64,000 bases of DNA from Eledone cirrhosa (taxonomy: Eukaryota). Shown here piece by piece: positions 1 through 13,909 of this stretch (positions within the stretch are counted from its first letter, which is position 1; each line of letters starts with the position of its first letter). The stretch covers positions 46,438,001 to 46,502,000 of the forward strand of contig OZ024748.1 of assembly GCA_964016885.1 (NCBI GenBank), read 5' to 3'. Under the pieces are notes generated by a model that made no database searches, was not told where the DNA came from, and was given only the letters and a program-made list of their open reading frames with translations. The translations under genes and the position numbers were made by a program.

Positions 1-351
1 GTATAGTTATCTATGTATCTATTATCAGCCGGCTAGCTTTATTTTCATTGCCATTGTAGTAGTAGTTGTTTTTTGTTGTTGTTGGTTGGTCGGGTCGGGT
101 GGCTGGCGGGTTAGTTGGCTGGTTGGTTGGTTTATGTTCATCTCACCTTGCCTCTGTTCTATCTATCTTTATCTATTCTCTCTCTCTGTCTCTCTCTCCC
201 TCTCTCTCTCCCTCTCACCTTTTCTATACCTACCTCCCTAATCGCACAACCATAGACACACACACACACATACACACATCTCCCCCCCCTCTCTCCCACT
301 CTCTGTATCCATCTATCTCTCACCTTTTCTGAGTCGTCCTTTCTCTCTATC

Positions 352-382
<31 letters not shown>

Positions 383-1062
383 AACACACACATCCATATA
401 CACATATATACAATACACCACATATACACATTCCCTCTTTCTTTATCTCTGTTTCCCTCGACGTATTTCCTTTTACCCTACCTTCACTCTCTCCTATTCC
501 CCTCCTACCGTGTGTCTACCGTATATTTCCCTCCTCTAACTATCCCTCATACAGTCACTCACCCTCATTCACTCTAATTTACAATCCCATGTCTCTATTG
601 TTCAAGAGGTTTCGTCTTATATTTGCCGGTTGGCCAGGAAATTTCTATCTACTTTGCTCTTTCGCAATGTTGACGATACTGTTGTTGTTGTTGTTGTTGC
701 TACTGTCGTTGTAATATTAACATTTGTTACCCTTCATTCATGCCTCTGTCATACACACACACCCATCCACTCACACACACACAGACACAGACACAGGCAC
801 ACACACACACACACACGCACACACATATATATATATATCATATATATATAGTAAATTTAATATAGAATATAGAAATAGCTTCAACAGGACTAGAACTGTT
901 TTATTCAAAAGAAATCATCTGAACAGCCCCCGATTGAAACCAACACATGCACACACACGCACACAGAGAGACGCACACACACACACACACACACACAGGC
1001 ACACACAGACACACACAGACACACACACACACACACACACATTCTATCATTACAACAGCAGA

Positions 1063-1146
1063 GGTCCGCCGAGCTTTGATTCCAGAGTAGGGTCAGATCG
1101 ACACAGATAGAACCTTGAGCTGATCAATAGCGAAACGCGCGTCACC
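1063..1146 (+). ncRNA. Degenerate type I hammerhead-like motif in a short repeat (related copy ~29755-29837)
   Basis: GGT-CCGCCGA-[long stem II ending TGATCAATAGC]-GAA-ACGCGCGT-C-ACC; core deviates from CUGANGA in both copies. Confidence 0.35.
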
Positions 1147-1183
1147 AATCAATAAACGTAATGACGGCTTAACACATCCTCAT

Positions 1184-1350
1184 GGTCGGACGCCATGCTT
1201 TGACGCATAGAGTTACGGCCCTTGCTTTCTGAGTTCAAATCCCGCCGAGGTTAACTTTGCCTTTCATCCTTACAGGGTCGATAAAATAAAGTACCAGTAA
1301 TGCACTGGGTAATTTGCTGGCCTTGTGCCAAAAGTAGAAACAATTATTAT
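1184..1350 (+). mobile_element. tRNA-derived SINE family 1, 5'-truncated
   Basis: B-box GTTCAAATCC; body GCCTTTCATCCTTACAGGGTCGATAAAATAAAGTACC; (ATT)n tail; matches ~19 copies in the window. Confidence 0.9.
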
Positions 1351-1655
1351 ATTATACTCTGTCTAGCTCTACACCTCGCTACAGACGTAGAGATAGATTG
1401 AGAGGACGGGCGGGTTATATATATATAGTAAACAAGGACCCACACCCCACCCTCCCGCACCCAAATTAGACTTATCGTCCCCTACTTTTGCTCTTTACTC
1501 TCTTTACTCTTTGTTCTTGAATGTTTGGTTGGTAGAGTCCATAACACCAATCAAATCCCTTTTATAGCTCTGACGAATCCTACGGTTACGTAAGGAAGAA
1601 ACATTGTAAGCCAATAAAAATCTTTTGATGTTGTAGACGCTCTTGTGTTCTTTAT

Positions 1656-2025
<370 letters not shown>

Positions 2026-2395
2026 TTTATATATATATATAAATCACCCTTTCCATTGGCCCCTACAAAAAACTCAAGTTCACAACATAGAACATTACAA
2101 CAGAGATATTCCACTTCATATGGTACTGCTCATTTTAACATCATACCAAAATAGTCCAAAGAAGAAAATATTTCTATAACAATGAAATGATGTCTGGAAA
2201 TGTTTAGAATAATTTAGTGATAATAGCAACTCCTTACTCGCGTAATCTATCGTGTCCAAATATAAATATAGCAATGACTTACATTCCAGGGTACTGAAAA
2301 GTCCCTGGGTTTAGGGAAAAGAAAATACTGAGGGTCATTTAAAAGAAAATACTTGAGGATCAGTTAAAAGAAACTATAGGGGAAAAGTTAAAAGA

Positions 2396-2581
2396 TAATT
2401 GTTTCTACTTTTGGCACAAGGCCAGCACCAGTAGATTACTGGTACTTTATTTTATCGACCCCGTAAGGATGAAAGGCAAAGTTAACCTCGGCGGGATTTG
2501 AACTCAGAATGGCAAGGGCCGTGACTATATGCGTCAAAGCATGGCGTCCGACCCTCTACCGATACTGCCAATTCACCGCCC
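2396..2581 (-). mobile_element. SINE family 1, full length
   Basis: A-box TGGCAGTATCGG and B-box on minus strand; 18-bp TSD GAAAAGTTAAAAGATAAT (2382-2399, 2582-2599). Confidence 0.95.
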
Positions 2582-2994
2582 GAAAAGTTAAAAGATAATA
2601 CAGGAGGATCAGTTAATTATGATTTTATTCAACATATCTCAGATCACACACTTATTACAGCGGTTCTACTCTATCCTTTCGCGATGCCCTTATGCCAGGA
2701 ATTTTTCGGGATCCCGGTATAGGTGTATGTGTGTATGTAAATGTTTATGTGTGTTTGTGTGTATGGGTGTGTATTCTCTCACTCTCTCTTTCTTTCTTTG
2801 GAAGAAATCTGCTGTATATAGACCCAGAGAGAAGATGGGCTCCGACAGGTATAAAAGTGCCCCAGCATCTCCGTATATCAATATGGTGCCCCTATGTTTC
2901 CCCAGAGAGTCATGGGGCCATACATGCATGTCTAGCTGAAGGGCATAATACGATTGAACTAATTTTGTATAAATGTATTTTCTAACACGCGAGT

Positions 2995-3188
2995 GCGGTG
3001 AATTGGCAGTATCGGTAGAGGGTCGGACACCATGATTTGCCGCATAGAGTTACGGCCCTTTACGATCTGAATTCAAATCCCACCAAGGTTAACTTTGCCT
3101 TTCATCCTTACGCGGTCGATTAAATAAAGTACCAGTAATGCACTAGGGTAATCGCTTGCTGGCCTTGTGCCAAAAGTAGAAACAATTA
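2995..3188 (+). mobile_element. SINE family 1
   Basis: Head GCGGTGAATTGGCAGTATCGG, conserved body and tail. Confidence 0.9.
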
Positions 3189-3277
3189 AATTAATGTTTG
3201 GTTTCAGCATGATGTCTTTTCTTTCACATATGATATCTTCAGCCTTATCTGACTGATTAAAGAATGCTGTATGTATA

Positions 3278-3824
3278 CGGGGCGGCTTCAAAAAGTTTGT
3301 GGAAAAAGGACAATTGGAAAAAACAGTTTTAAGTTATGATGTTTATTTTTCAACATGTGCCCCATCTAGGTCAATACGATTCTGCAAGCGTTTATACCAG
3401 CTTTTAAGTCCACCTGTGTAAAACTGAGGGCCATGCGATTTAAACAATGTCAAAGCAGCTTTTTTCGACATCTTCAACTGGGGATCATCTTCAACCTCAT
3501 CTCTTCCACTTCTAAAACGACATCCATTTGTAGATTGTTGATTTCTTTGGGATATTGTCCCCATAAACTTGCCCCAGAGCGTCAATGATTTGACTACTTT
3601 TCCACCATAGCTTCACCAAGAATTTGATGTTTTAATGGAGGCCATTCTGCTCGAACGGGTACTAATTCCGATGGGCGGCACCACATTGCAACATGCATTT
3701 AAGTGTTCATGTTAGAACATGTTATGACAAGTTAGTACGAGAACGTACAGGTGCATTTAGATCAAAATCCCTGCATATGATCTTTAGTTATCTACTTTTT
3801 CCAGGAACGTTTTGAAGCACCTCG
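3278..3824 (-). mobile_element. Internally deleted mariner element with transposase C-terminal remnant
   Basis: Imperfect ~30-bp TIRs flanked by TA; minus-strand peptide FYTGGLKSWYKRLQNRIDLDGAHVEK resembles a mariner transposase C-terminus. Confidence 0.8.
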
Positions 3825-3967
3825 TATTTCTGCTAGCGCAGTGAGTTAACCAATAATATTAGTAGAAGAATCTCTCTCTTATCATCAAATATATACATAC
3901 TTTATAACTTTTCGGGGTCAATAAATAGAAATACCTTTGATATATCGAGAATTGACGAATTACGTAA

Positions 3968-4210
3968 AGGCAGGTGGCTTAGTGGTTAGAGAATTGTAAT
4001 AGCAATGATAAGGTTACAAGTTAGTCTCCTGCGGCTGGTGATGCGTTATCTCCCTGGGCAAGACATAGTATTTCATATTGCTCTTCCTGCCAGAACTTGC
4101 GACTGGTAGATAGTATCAGCAACGGAAGGACCAATGGAAATATTGTTTTTTTGGTCTGATTTGACGAGTTTCGCCCCACTTAGTAAACGAAAGAGTTCTT
4201 TGGTCTTGTC
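3968..4210 (+). mobile_element. tRNA-derived SINE family 2 (degenerate)
   Basis: A-box TGGCTTAGTGG, CTGGGCAAGACA core, 3' part shared with 13580-13770 and 50425-50552. Confidence 0.6.
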
Positions 4211-4443
4211 AATCGTGACGAACAATACCTTACTATACATTTGTGGTCTTGTGTCAACGTTTACGAAAATCGATATTTTAAACACTCAGGCAATTAGTGT
4301 AGCAAATCTATTAGTTACCTGCTTTAAGAACCTTGCCTAACTTAGGTACATATGTTTACGATTCTAAATCTCAACCGACAAACATCTATGCTATCTTCAT
4401 CTTTCCTGGAAGGGGGGGGGGGTTTAAAATAAGTCGTCTTCAT

Positions 4444-4454
4444 TGTAGTAGTAA

Positions 4455-4492
<38 letters not shown>

Positions 4493-4528
4493 AAAGTAGT
4501 AGTAGTAATAGTGGTGGTAGTGGTTGTG

Positions 4529-4594
<66 letters not shown>

Positions 4595-4606
4595 ATAGTG
4601 GTAGTA

Positions 4607-4645
<39 letters not shown>

Positions 4646-4657
4646 ATAATAATAGTG

Positions 4658-4720
<63 letters not shown>

Positions 4721-4729
4721 ATAGAGGTG

Positions 4730-4771
<42 letters not shown>

Positions 4772-4831
4772 ATAGTAGCAGTAATAGTAGTGGTAGTGGT
4801 AGTAGTAGTAGTAGAAGTAGTAATAGCGATG

Positions 4832-4862
<31 letters not shown>

Positions 4863-4986
4863 CAGTAGCATTAGTAGTAGTAGTAGTAGCAGCAGTAACA
4901 GTAGTAGAAGTAGCAGTACTAGCTGGAGTAGTAATAGTGGTAGTAGTAGCATCTATAGTAGCAGTAGTGGTAGTATTATAAGGAGG

Positions 4987-5024
<38 letters not shown>

Positions 5025-5033
5025 TAGTAGTAA
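4444..5033. repeat. (AGT)n imperfect trinucleotide repeat
   Basis: Directly visible; explains poly-S/V/L ORFs. Confidence 0.97.
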
Positions 5034-5089
5034 TTTTGGTTTACGATTTTGTTGTGTCTTTATCATCATCATCTATCATAATCATAATA

Positions 5090-5505
5090 ATTAAAGTGCT
5101 CTCTTCCCAGCATTTTGTTGAAAGATGGGTGAGAGAAGCAAGTATGGCCCGAGTGAATGGGCCTACTCTGAGTATGTGTCTGTAAATTAAAGGTGGAAAA
5201 CTGGGAGAGGGCACTTGCCCTGGTGGTCAGGGTCACTGTGGCCTTTTAATGGGCTTTCTCCATAAATGTCCCTCGGAAGTCTCCCCCCTATTGGGGAATT
5301 TTTCATTGTTATTTTTATTAAATCCTCTGTTTTTTTACACGCAGAAATGCCCATTTGTACCGTCCTGTATTGTCCTGTACTGTCCTTAATGTCTACTTTA
5401 TGTAAACCCTTGTGGTTTACATAAAGTAGACATTAAGAAAGCATAAAGTAGACATTAAGAAAGCATTATAATTAAAATTATTATTAAAATTATTATTATT
5501 ATTAC

Positions 5506-5544
<39 letters not shown>

Positions 5545-5545
5545 G
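5090..5545 (+). mobile_element. Probable 3' end of a non-LTR retrotransposon (possibly Tx1/L1-like) in (TAA/ATT)n
   Basis: Short peptide KVLSSQHFVERWVREASMARVNGPTLSMCL* then UTR-like sequence and (ATT)n tail; clade call tentative. Confidence 0.4.
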
Positions 5546-6619
5546 AGAGGAACATGGCTGCTTTTCTAATACAATGCTGCTTTCATACATCGCTAGGTAT
5601 GACCCCCAGGTGTGTATAGTTTAACAAACAGGAAAAGATAACTCTTGCTTTTTGTCTTTTCTATGTTGATACATTAACAAAACTCACTGACCTGGAACTG
5701 TTTTGTCCCCGCCCAGATTCGAAACAATATATCTATACACCCCTACACACACATATATGTACATCTATACACCCCTATACATATACATATCTATACACCC
5801 CTATGCATATACACCCGTACATATATATACACCCATAAACATCCGTAACCAGACATACATAAACAAATAGATATACACAGTTCCGTCACGTACGCATACA
5901 CATACAAACGCATATATATACACATGTATACAGATACGCAGATATACATACAGTTCCCTCACATATACGTACGTATACACATGCAAACGCATATATACAC
6001 ACATGTATACATATACACAAATATACATACAGTTCTGTATCCTATACTTACGCATACACATACAAATGCATATATACACACATGTATACAGATACACACA
6101 GATATACATAGATACACACCCTTATCGCTATACCTCAAATCTACTTAAATATATACATGTATACACACTCACATATAAATGCGTCATTTATACACACTCA
6201 CATATAAATGCGTCATTTATACACACTCACATACATACATACATACATACATACATACATACATGTATACATAGATGTATACATATATATATATACACAC
6301 ACACGTGAACAGTATACACATATATTCCTATCACATCGCTATACCTCACATACACTTACACATATACATGCACACACACACACACATACATATAAATACA
6401 CACCGGCACACATATATACATATACACTCCATCATATCACCATACTTCACATACATACATACATAAACACATACATACGTACGTACGCCCTTTCATATAT
6501 ATATATATATATATACACACATTCATAAACATATAGACACATACACACTTACATACATATATAAATACGTGCATACACACATACATACAACACACATACA
6601 TCCATATATACATACATAC

Positions 6620-9083
6620 AGAGATTTGTATGGGAAACGGATGACGGATTCAACAGACAAGCTAATTGGCTAAAACAACTGGAACAGGACTACTGCCAAC
6701 ATGTCCAGACAAAACAATATGACATAGATGGGTCAATACTGGAAACAGCTCTACAGAAAATGTCGAATAGGAAATCACCAGGCCCAGACCTCATTACAGG
6801 ATACTGGTTGAAGAATTTCACTTTCTATCGGCAAGATCTCATACGGCTGTTTACAGAAACCATTAAGGGCACACAAGAACTGCCCAGATGGTTATCAACT
6901 GCCACTACTCTCCTCATTCCCCAAAATAGCCAAACCACCCTTGCTAAAAATTACCGCCCAATTGCCTGCCAAAACATCATGTATAAATTATATACTGGGT
7001 GCCTTAACCTGTTCTTACAGGATCACTGTGCTACCAACAACATCATAACACCTGAGCAAGCTGGTGGAAAGAGGGAGGTGTGGGGTTGCATAGATCACCT
7101 ACTAACTAACAAAATGATTCAGGAAAAAACAACAAAGAATCGCAGAAACATGACTGTCGTGTGGCTGGACTATCAAAAAGCATTTGATAGTGTACCTCAT
7201 GGGTGGATTATTAAGGCTTTACAGTTAGCTAAAGTCCCACAACCATTAGTAGCTGCTGTTGAACGCCTGACCAAGAACTGGTACACCAATTTGATCCTTA
7301 GAGGTGAGAAGGAGCAGGTTAAGACTGATAGGATACATTACCAGAAGGGCATCTTTCAGGGTGATAGCTTGTCAGTACTACTCTTCGTTCTCTCACTGAA
7401 TCCACTATCTTACCTACTCAGGAAACAAGGTGGACAAAGAAGTGGGCCCAGAAGTATCTCCCATCTTTTCTTTGTTGATGACCTGAAGTTGTATGGGCCA
7501 AATATCAATGACATCAAGAAACAATTGGACCTCATTACACAATTTTCAACCGACATCAAAATGAAATTTGGTGAGTCCAAGTGTGCATAGTTGGCAGTAA
7601 AACGTGGAAGAGCTGTGCCCTCCTCTAGAAATCTAGATATGAACGGCCTGACAATACAACCTCTGCAGTCAGGTGACAACTACAGATATCTTGGACAGGA
7701 TGAGAATGTCAGATATGATGGACCCATAAATAAGGAGAGAACCAGAACTGAATACCTCAGAAGAGTAAAAAAAATATGGTCATCAGAACTGTCAGCATAC
7801 AACAAATACATTGCCCACAATACCTATGCTGTGCCAATTCTAACGCCAACATTTGGCCTACTGAACTGGTCATTGCAAGAACTAAGTGAGATGGATGTTA
7901 GAACTCGAAAACTTCTCAGTGTTACTGGGAACTTTAACATCAATGGTGATGTGGATAGGCTATACTTCTCACGCAAGGAAGGTGGCCGGGGTCTAAAATC
8001 AATATTAACAACATATGAGACCCGGATAGTAACACTGAAGCAACACCTTCAACAGAGGAAAAAGGTTGGCGACCATCTTGCTCAGGTTTATGAGCATGAA
8101 AAAAGAAATATCATTAGAATAGCGACTGATCTGGAGGAGAGATATGGAATAAAGCCTGATATAAATCTCTCACCCAGAGAAATCGGAAGATCCTATTCAA
8201 TGTTCAAACAAGAAAAAAAATTGACCAATTTACAGAGAAAGTTGTGCATGGATACTTGAGGCGTAAAACACAGACCTTAGAGGGGATAAACCACTCAAAA
8301 AGCCTGGCATGGAGTTCCGACAAGTTTATGACATCACACCTTGAGGGATATCTCTATGCAATACAGGAACAAGAACTCCCTACCAAATATCTGCTGCACA
8401 AAAGAGGAGGGCCAGCAGCTGACAATAAATGTAGGCTATGTAAAACAAAGATCGAGGATGTAAGCCACATTGTTGCCGGCTGCGAAAGAATGTCATCTCG
8501 CTACTACCTCCCCATGAGACACGATGGGATAGCTAGAACTATCTGGAACGCACTTCGGAAAACAAAATTAACAACAAACGAGGAAGAATATATTGAGACA
8601 GATGGCACTAAGGAATACTGGTGGAACCTGAAAATAAAAACTGCCACCAAATTAAAGCACAACCGGCCTGATATTGTAGTTTGGGACCACACATTGAAAA
8701 CGTGTTCTGTTGTGGAGATCAGCTGCCCACTTGATGTAAACGTTGTCAGAAAAATACAGGAGAAGGAGGACATCTACGGACCATTGATGAGGAGCTCACA
8801 AATCCAGTATCCAAGATACACCTTTAGCTTCATACCCATCATTATTGGTGCTACGGGTTATATACCAACCCGCTTGGACCAAAGTATGACCGAACTTGGA
8901 TTTGCGGACAAAAAGCGCAGCTCCCTAATTCATAGTCTACAAATGGCTGCGATAGCTGGCACCTTCAAAATATGCAAAACATTCTTGCGATTCAAGGGAT
9001 GACAATTTCTTTTCTTTTACAACCTTGCCACCAGGAAGGTGGCCGGTCAAAAAAATATACTCGAAATTAAGAGAAAGAGAAAA
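6620..9083 (+). pseudogene. 5'-truncated R4/Dong-clade non-LTR retrotransposon (RT, CCHC knuckle, restriction-like endonuclease), disrupted
   Basis: RT motifs KSPGPD, YRPIAC, DYQKAFDSV, GIFQGDSLS, FVDDLKL; RKEGGRGL; CRLC..HIVAGC; RHD; RPDIVVWD..EISCP; in-frame TAG at 7588-7590 and frameshift near the A-run at ~8213; short 3' UTR. Confidence 0.92.
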
Positions 9084-9408
9084 CATACACACGTACATAT
9101 ATACATACATACAGACGTACATATATACATACATACACACGTACATACATACACACATACAACTCAAAACACACATCCACACATACAATAACATCCATAT
9201 CTACACATGCATGTATACATACATATCTACCTAGTTGATGTGAAAATTCCAATGAGAGAGTCTTGTGTCTATGTTAGAAACTGACTCTCTCTCTATTGGT
9301 AAAACTTTGTGAAATTATAAAACCAGAAGAACATGCATACAGACGTACGTACATACATACAGACTTAGATACATACACACATACATATATACACATACAT
9401 ACAAAAAT

Positions 9409-10020
9409 ACATGGTGGCTGCCAACTCGTTTTCAAGTACGGCCACTACTTTATATCCATGTAGGAGAACCCTTACCGATGCGCTGAACGAGTGTGGCTTT
9501 TTAGTCCAGCCAGCGACTTGAAAACTCTGGTACAAACACTACACTTGTGACAATTACTGACACATAGTGCTGGGCCCATGGTACCATGTGACGACAAGTG
9601 CAGAGAGATCTCCAGATATAAAGCAATGCCTGTGCCGTGAAGCTTTTATAGTGAGCAAAGGCACTGCACAAAGTCAGTCCCACTCTCTTAACCAAGATGA
9701 TATTTACCAAAAAGAAGAACAAGTCAACATCATTGGATACCATCAGGGTTGCAGGTGTTATATTAGAGTTTTCCTTCTCCTAGAATTCTGCCTTGACAAA
9801 GGCTAAGGGGTCATCTCTCCTGGTGATTTTGGATGGCCATTGACTCTTAAGAGCTCCTTTGCCCTTTGACAGGTTTTGTTTTTAGTCCTGCAGGATGTCC
9901 AAAGTCACCCCTCTCACGAAGAAACCTTGGTGGAGTTGCCAGTTTAGTCGCCAACGACCCGACCATGAGACAGGTTGTACTGGGATACATGTTACCAGTA
10001 GCACCAACTGGTGACCAAAC
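9409..10020 (-). mobile_element. Putative internally deleted RTE-type non-autonomous element
   Basis: Sharp borders with (CATA)n; weak remnants of RTE C-terminal peptide (HYKSF..ALLY; KSHTR); self-complementary 5' end. Confidence 0.4.
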
Positions 10021-10196
10021 ATACATATAGATATACATACATACATAGAATTCCATCAGACACATACTTGCACATTCATACACATATATCTAATTAGCAT
10101 ATACATACGCACGTACGTAGACACATATACACGGGAACACACAGAGACCATCACACATACACACACTCACATATATATAGACATTATATATGAGGG

Positions 10197-10547
10197 TTGG
10201 CAGTATCGGTAGAGTGTCGGACACCATGCTTTCTAGCATAGTTACGTCCCTTTACGATCTGAGTTCAAATCCCGCCGAGGTTGACTTTGCCTTTCATCCT
10301 TACGGGGTCGATAAAATAAAGTACCAGTCATGCACTGGGTAATTGCTGGCCTTGTGCCTAAAGTAGAAACAATTATATATGAGGGTTGGACGCCATGCTT
10401 TGAAGCATAGACTTACCTCCCTTTATGATCTGAGTTCAAATCCCGCCGGGGTTAACTTTGCCTTTCATACTTACGAGGTCGATAAAATAAAGTACCAGTA
10501 ATGCACTGGGTATTTGCTGGCCGTGTGCCAAAAGTAGAAACAATTAT
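10197..10547 (+). mobile_element. Two tandem SINE family 1 copies
   Basis: Copies at 10197-10375 and 10381-10547; 18-bp duplication ATTATATATGAGGGTTGG (10183-10200, 10372-10389) flanks the first. Confidence 0.9.
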
Positions 10548-10644
10548 ATATATCTATATTACATACACTCCTTCATTACACACACACACGCAACTACATA
10601 TATTTACACATATTCACTCTACATACACGTAGATACACAGATAG

Positions 10645-11345
<701 letters not shown>

Positions 11346-11901
11346 AATAAATAGCTGAAAGATAGAAACTATTTCATATTTGCTGTGAACGTATCTAATT
11401 TAAATATTAATGATTTAGACACATGTATGGAAAACAATTGGTGTAACAATCTGAAAATTGACTTGTTAATTTCTAATACAAGCTGGATCTCTTATAAATC
11501 ACAAGCTTGAGACTAACTCATTGCTTGAGCAGAGAAAATGGCGAAAAAGCACAAAGGACCTCTCAGTAAAAATAGTCTTGCCATCTCATTGTACAAAATA
11601 GTCTTACCATCTCATGGTAAAAGGTAAAGAGTCTCTCGGTAACAAATGACCACAAGTCTGGGCTAGGTTGTTTCTAGATGACCAGTAGTCACCCATGTAT
11701 ATGGTTCTGTTCTATCGCCGCCACCAATGCTATCCAATAGAAAGGCTAATGCCTGTACAGTTTGGCACCAGTGACATCACAACTCATTTCTACAACTGAG
11801 TAAACTAGAGGAACATAAAATAGAGTGTCTTGCTCAAGAGCACAACGCATCATCTCACGAATACAACGTTCCGCCGTACGCTGGGTCGTTATCTTACGTA
11901 A

Positions 11902-12122
11902 CCCTTTACCATGTAAACTGGCCATATCCGGCCAGAATTCTCTCACCTCTTTCTGTTCAAACCGGCTGTAACTGGCCACTCACACTGATGTTAGGGTATT
12001 ATTCTCAAAATAAATAATATCAAAATCTCATAGATTCAATATTATGTGAGATAATTATGTAAGATAAAGACTTTACCGTGAAAATGTAATAGTAAATATA
12101 GAGTAACGTAAATGCTAAAGGG
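11902..12122. mobile_element. piggyBac-type MITE
   Basis: TIR CCCTTTA(C/G)CA..TGCTAAAGGG, TTAA on the right; inverted homolog of 42469-42690. Confidence 0.75.
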
Positions 12123-13023
12123 TTAAAGATCACGAAAGCAGAATGCCGACAATTTTGGGGAGATGGGAAATACGATTAATTTACATCAGGGAGTTTCTGG
12201 TACTTTATTGTATGAACCACGTAAGTATGAAAAGCAAGACAAACCTCCGAGAGATTTGAACTTGGAACGTAAAGGTACGTAACTACATGATGTAAAACAT
12301 TTATTCGGACGCTCTACTGATACTGAAAATCCTGATATCAAAATAATTAAAGGGCAAAGTTGACCTTGATGGAATTTCAATTCAAAATCCAGAACATCGC
12401 AACGAAACAGGAAAGCTATTGTAAGATATTTAATCGGGTGCATTAAATACTCTGCCAATTCGCCGTTAATATTTTACATATACATGTATGTATATACATA
12501 TATATACATGCTTGATTAGAGAGAGAGCGTTCACTTACAAATACAGAAGTTTCTAGTTAAAACGTTTTAGTTCCAGTAGGGAAAATATGCACGAATTTTG
12601 TCGAAGAAACTGTAGAACGGTTTGTTAGACGCTAATAGGTTTAACGAGGCGTGTTAGTATCATGAAATATAAGACATCTCTGTTTTCAGTAAGTATTTCA
12701 TTTAACAACGTGTCACATTAAGTTTAAAATGGAGTGAATTGAAGTAGGATGAAGCTAGAAATAATGTGAGATTATCAAGAAGCCATACGTCACAAAATCA
12801 AAACATTTGATAAATGTAAAATACGAATATATGTTAATGTCTGCGTGTCTGTGTGCATTAAACTAATGCACCAATATTATCAAAGATTCATTTGATTGTG
12901 TCTATCTATCAAATTCTCTGCCTGTCTGCCTCTCTCTCTCTCTCTCTCTCTCTGTGTTTATATATATCGGTTAGCTTTCCCCTGTGTTGTTTACTTGTCT
13001 CACTCGCTTTACGCGTTTCAATT

Positions 13024-13124
13024 GTCCTAATAACTTATTTTAGTTATTATCGCTCCAACGTGAGGTATCTGATTTTTAATGCGATGAAATACCAATGATC
13101 GTTGGCAAATCACTGATGAGGGAC
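13024..13124 (+). ncRNA. Non-circularly permuted hammerhead-like ribozyme with kink-turn, copy 1 (family G element ~12970-13190)
   Basis: GTCC-hairpin-TCGC-CCAAC-GTGA-GGTAT-C^TGATTT..GCGA-T-GAA-ATACC-AAT-GATC-GTTGG-AAATCA-CTGATGA-G-GGAC; helices covary across six copies. Confidence 0.75.
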
Positions 13125-13215
13125 TCATTTTATAACATATAAATCCATGTGCAACCATGCAGTATTCTTCTCCCCATATTTTTCAAAGATATATATATAT
13201 ATATATATATATATA

Positions 13216-13770
<555 letters not shown>

Positions 13771-13850
13771 CTGTCGACATAATTAAATAATAACAAAAGC
13801 ACAGCGATTCAAAAACACAAAGTCTTATTAGTATCATGAAGTAGAAGAGG

Positions 13851-13904
<54 letters not shown>

Positions 13905-13909
<5 letters not shown>

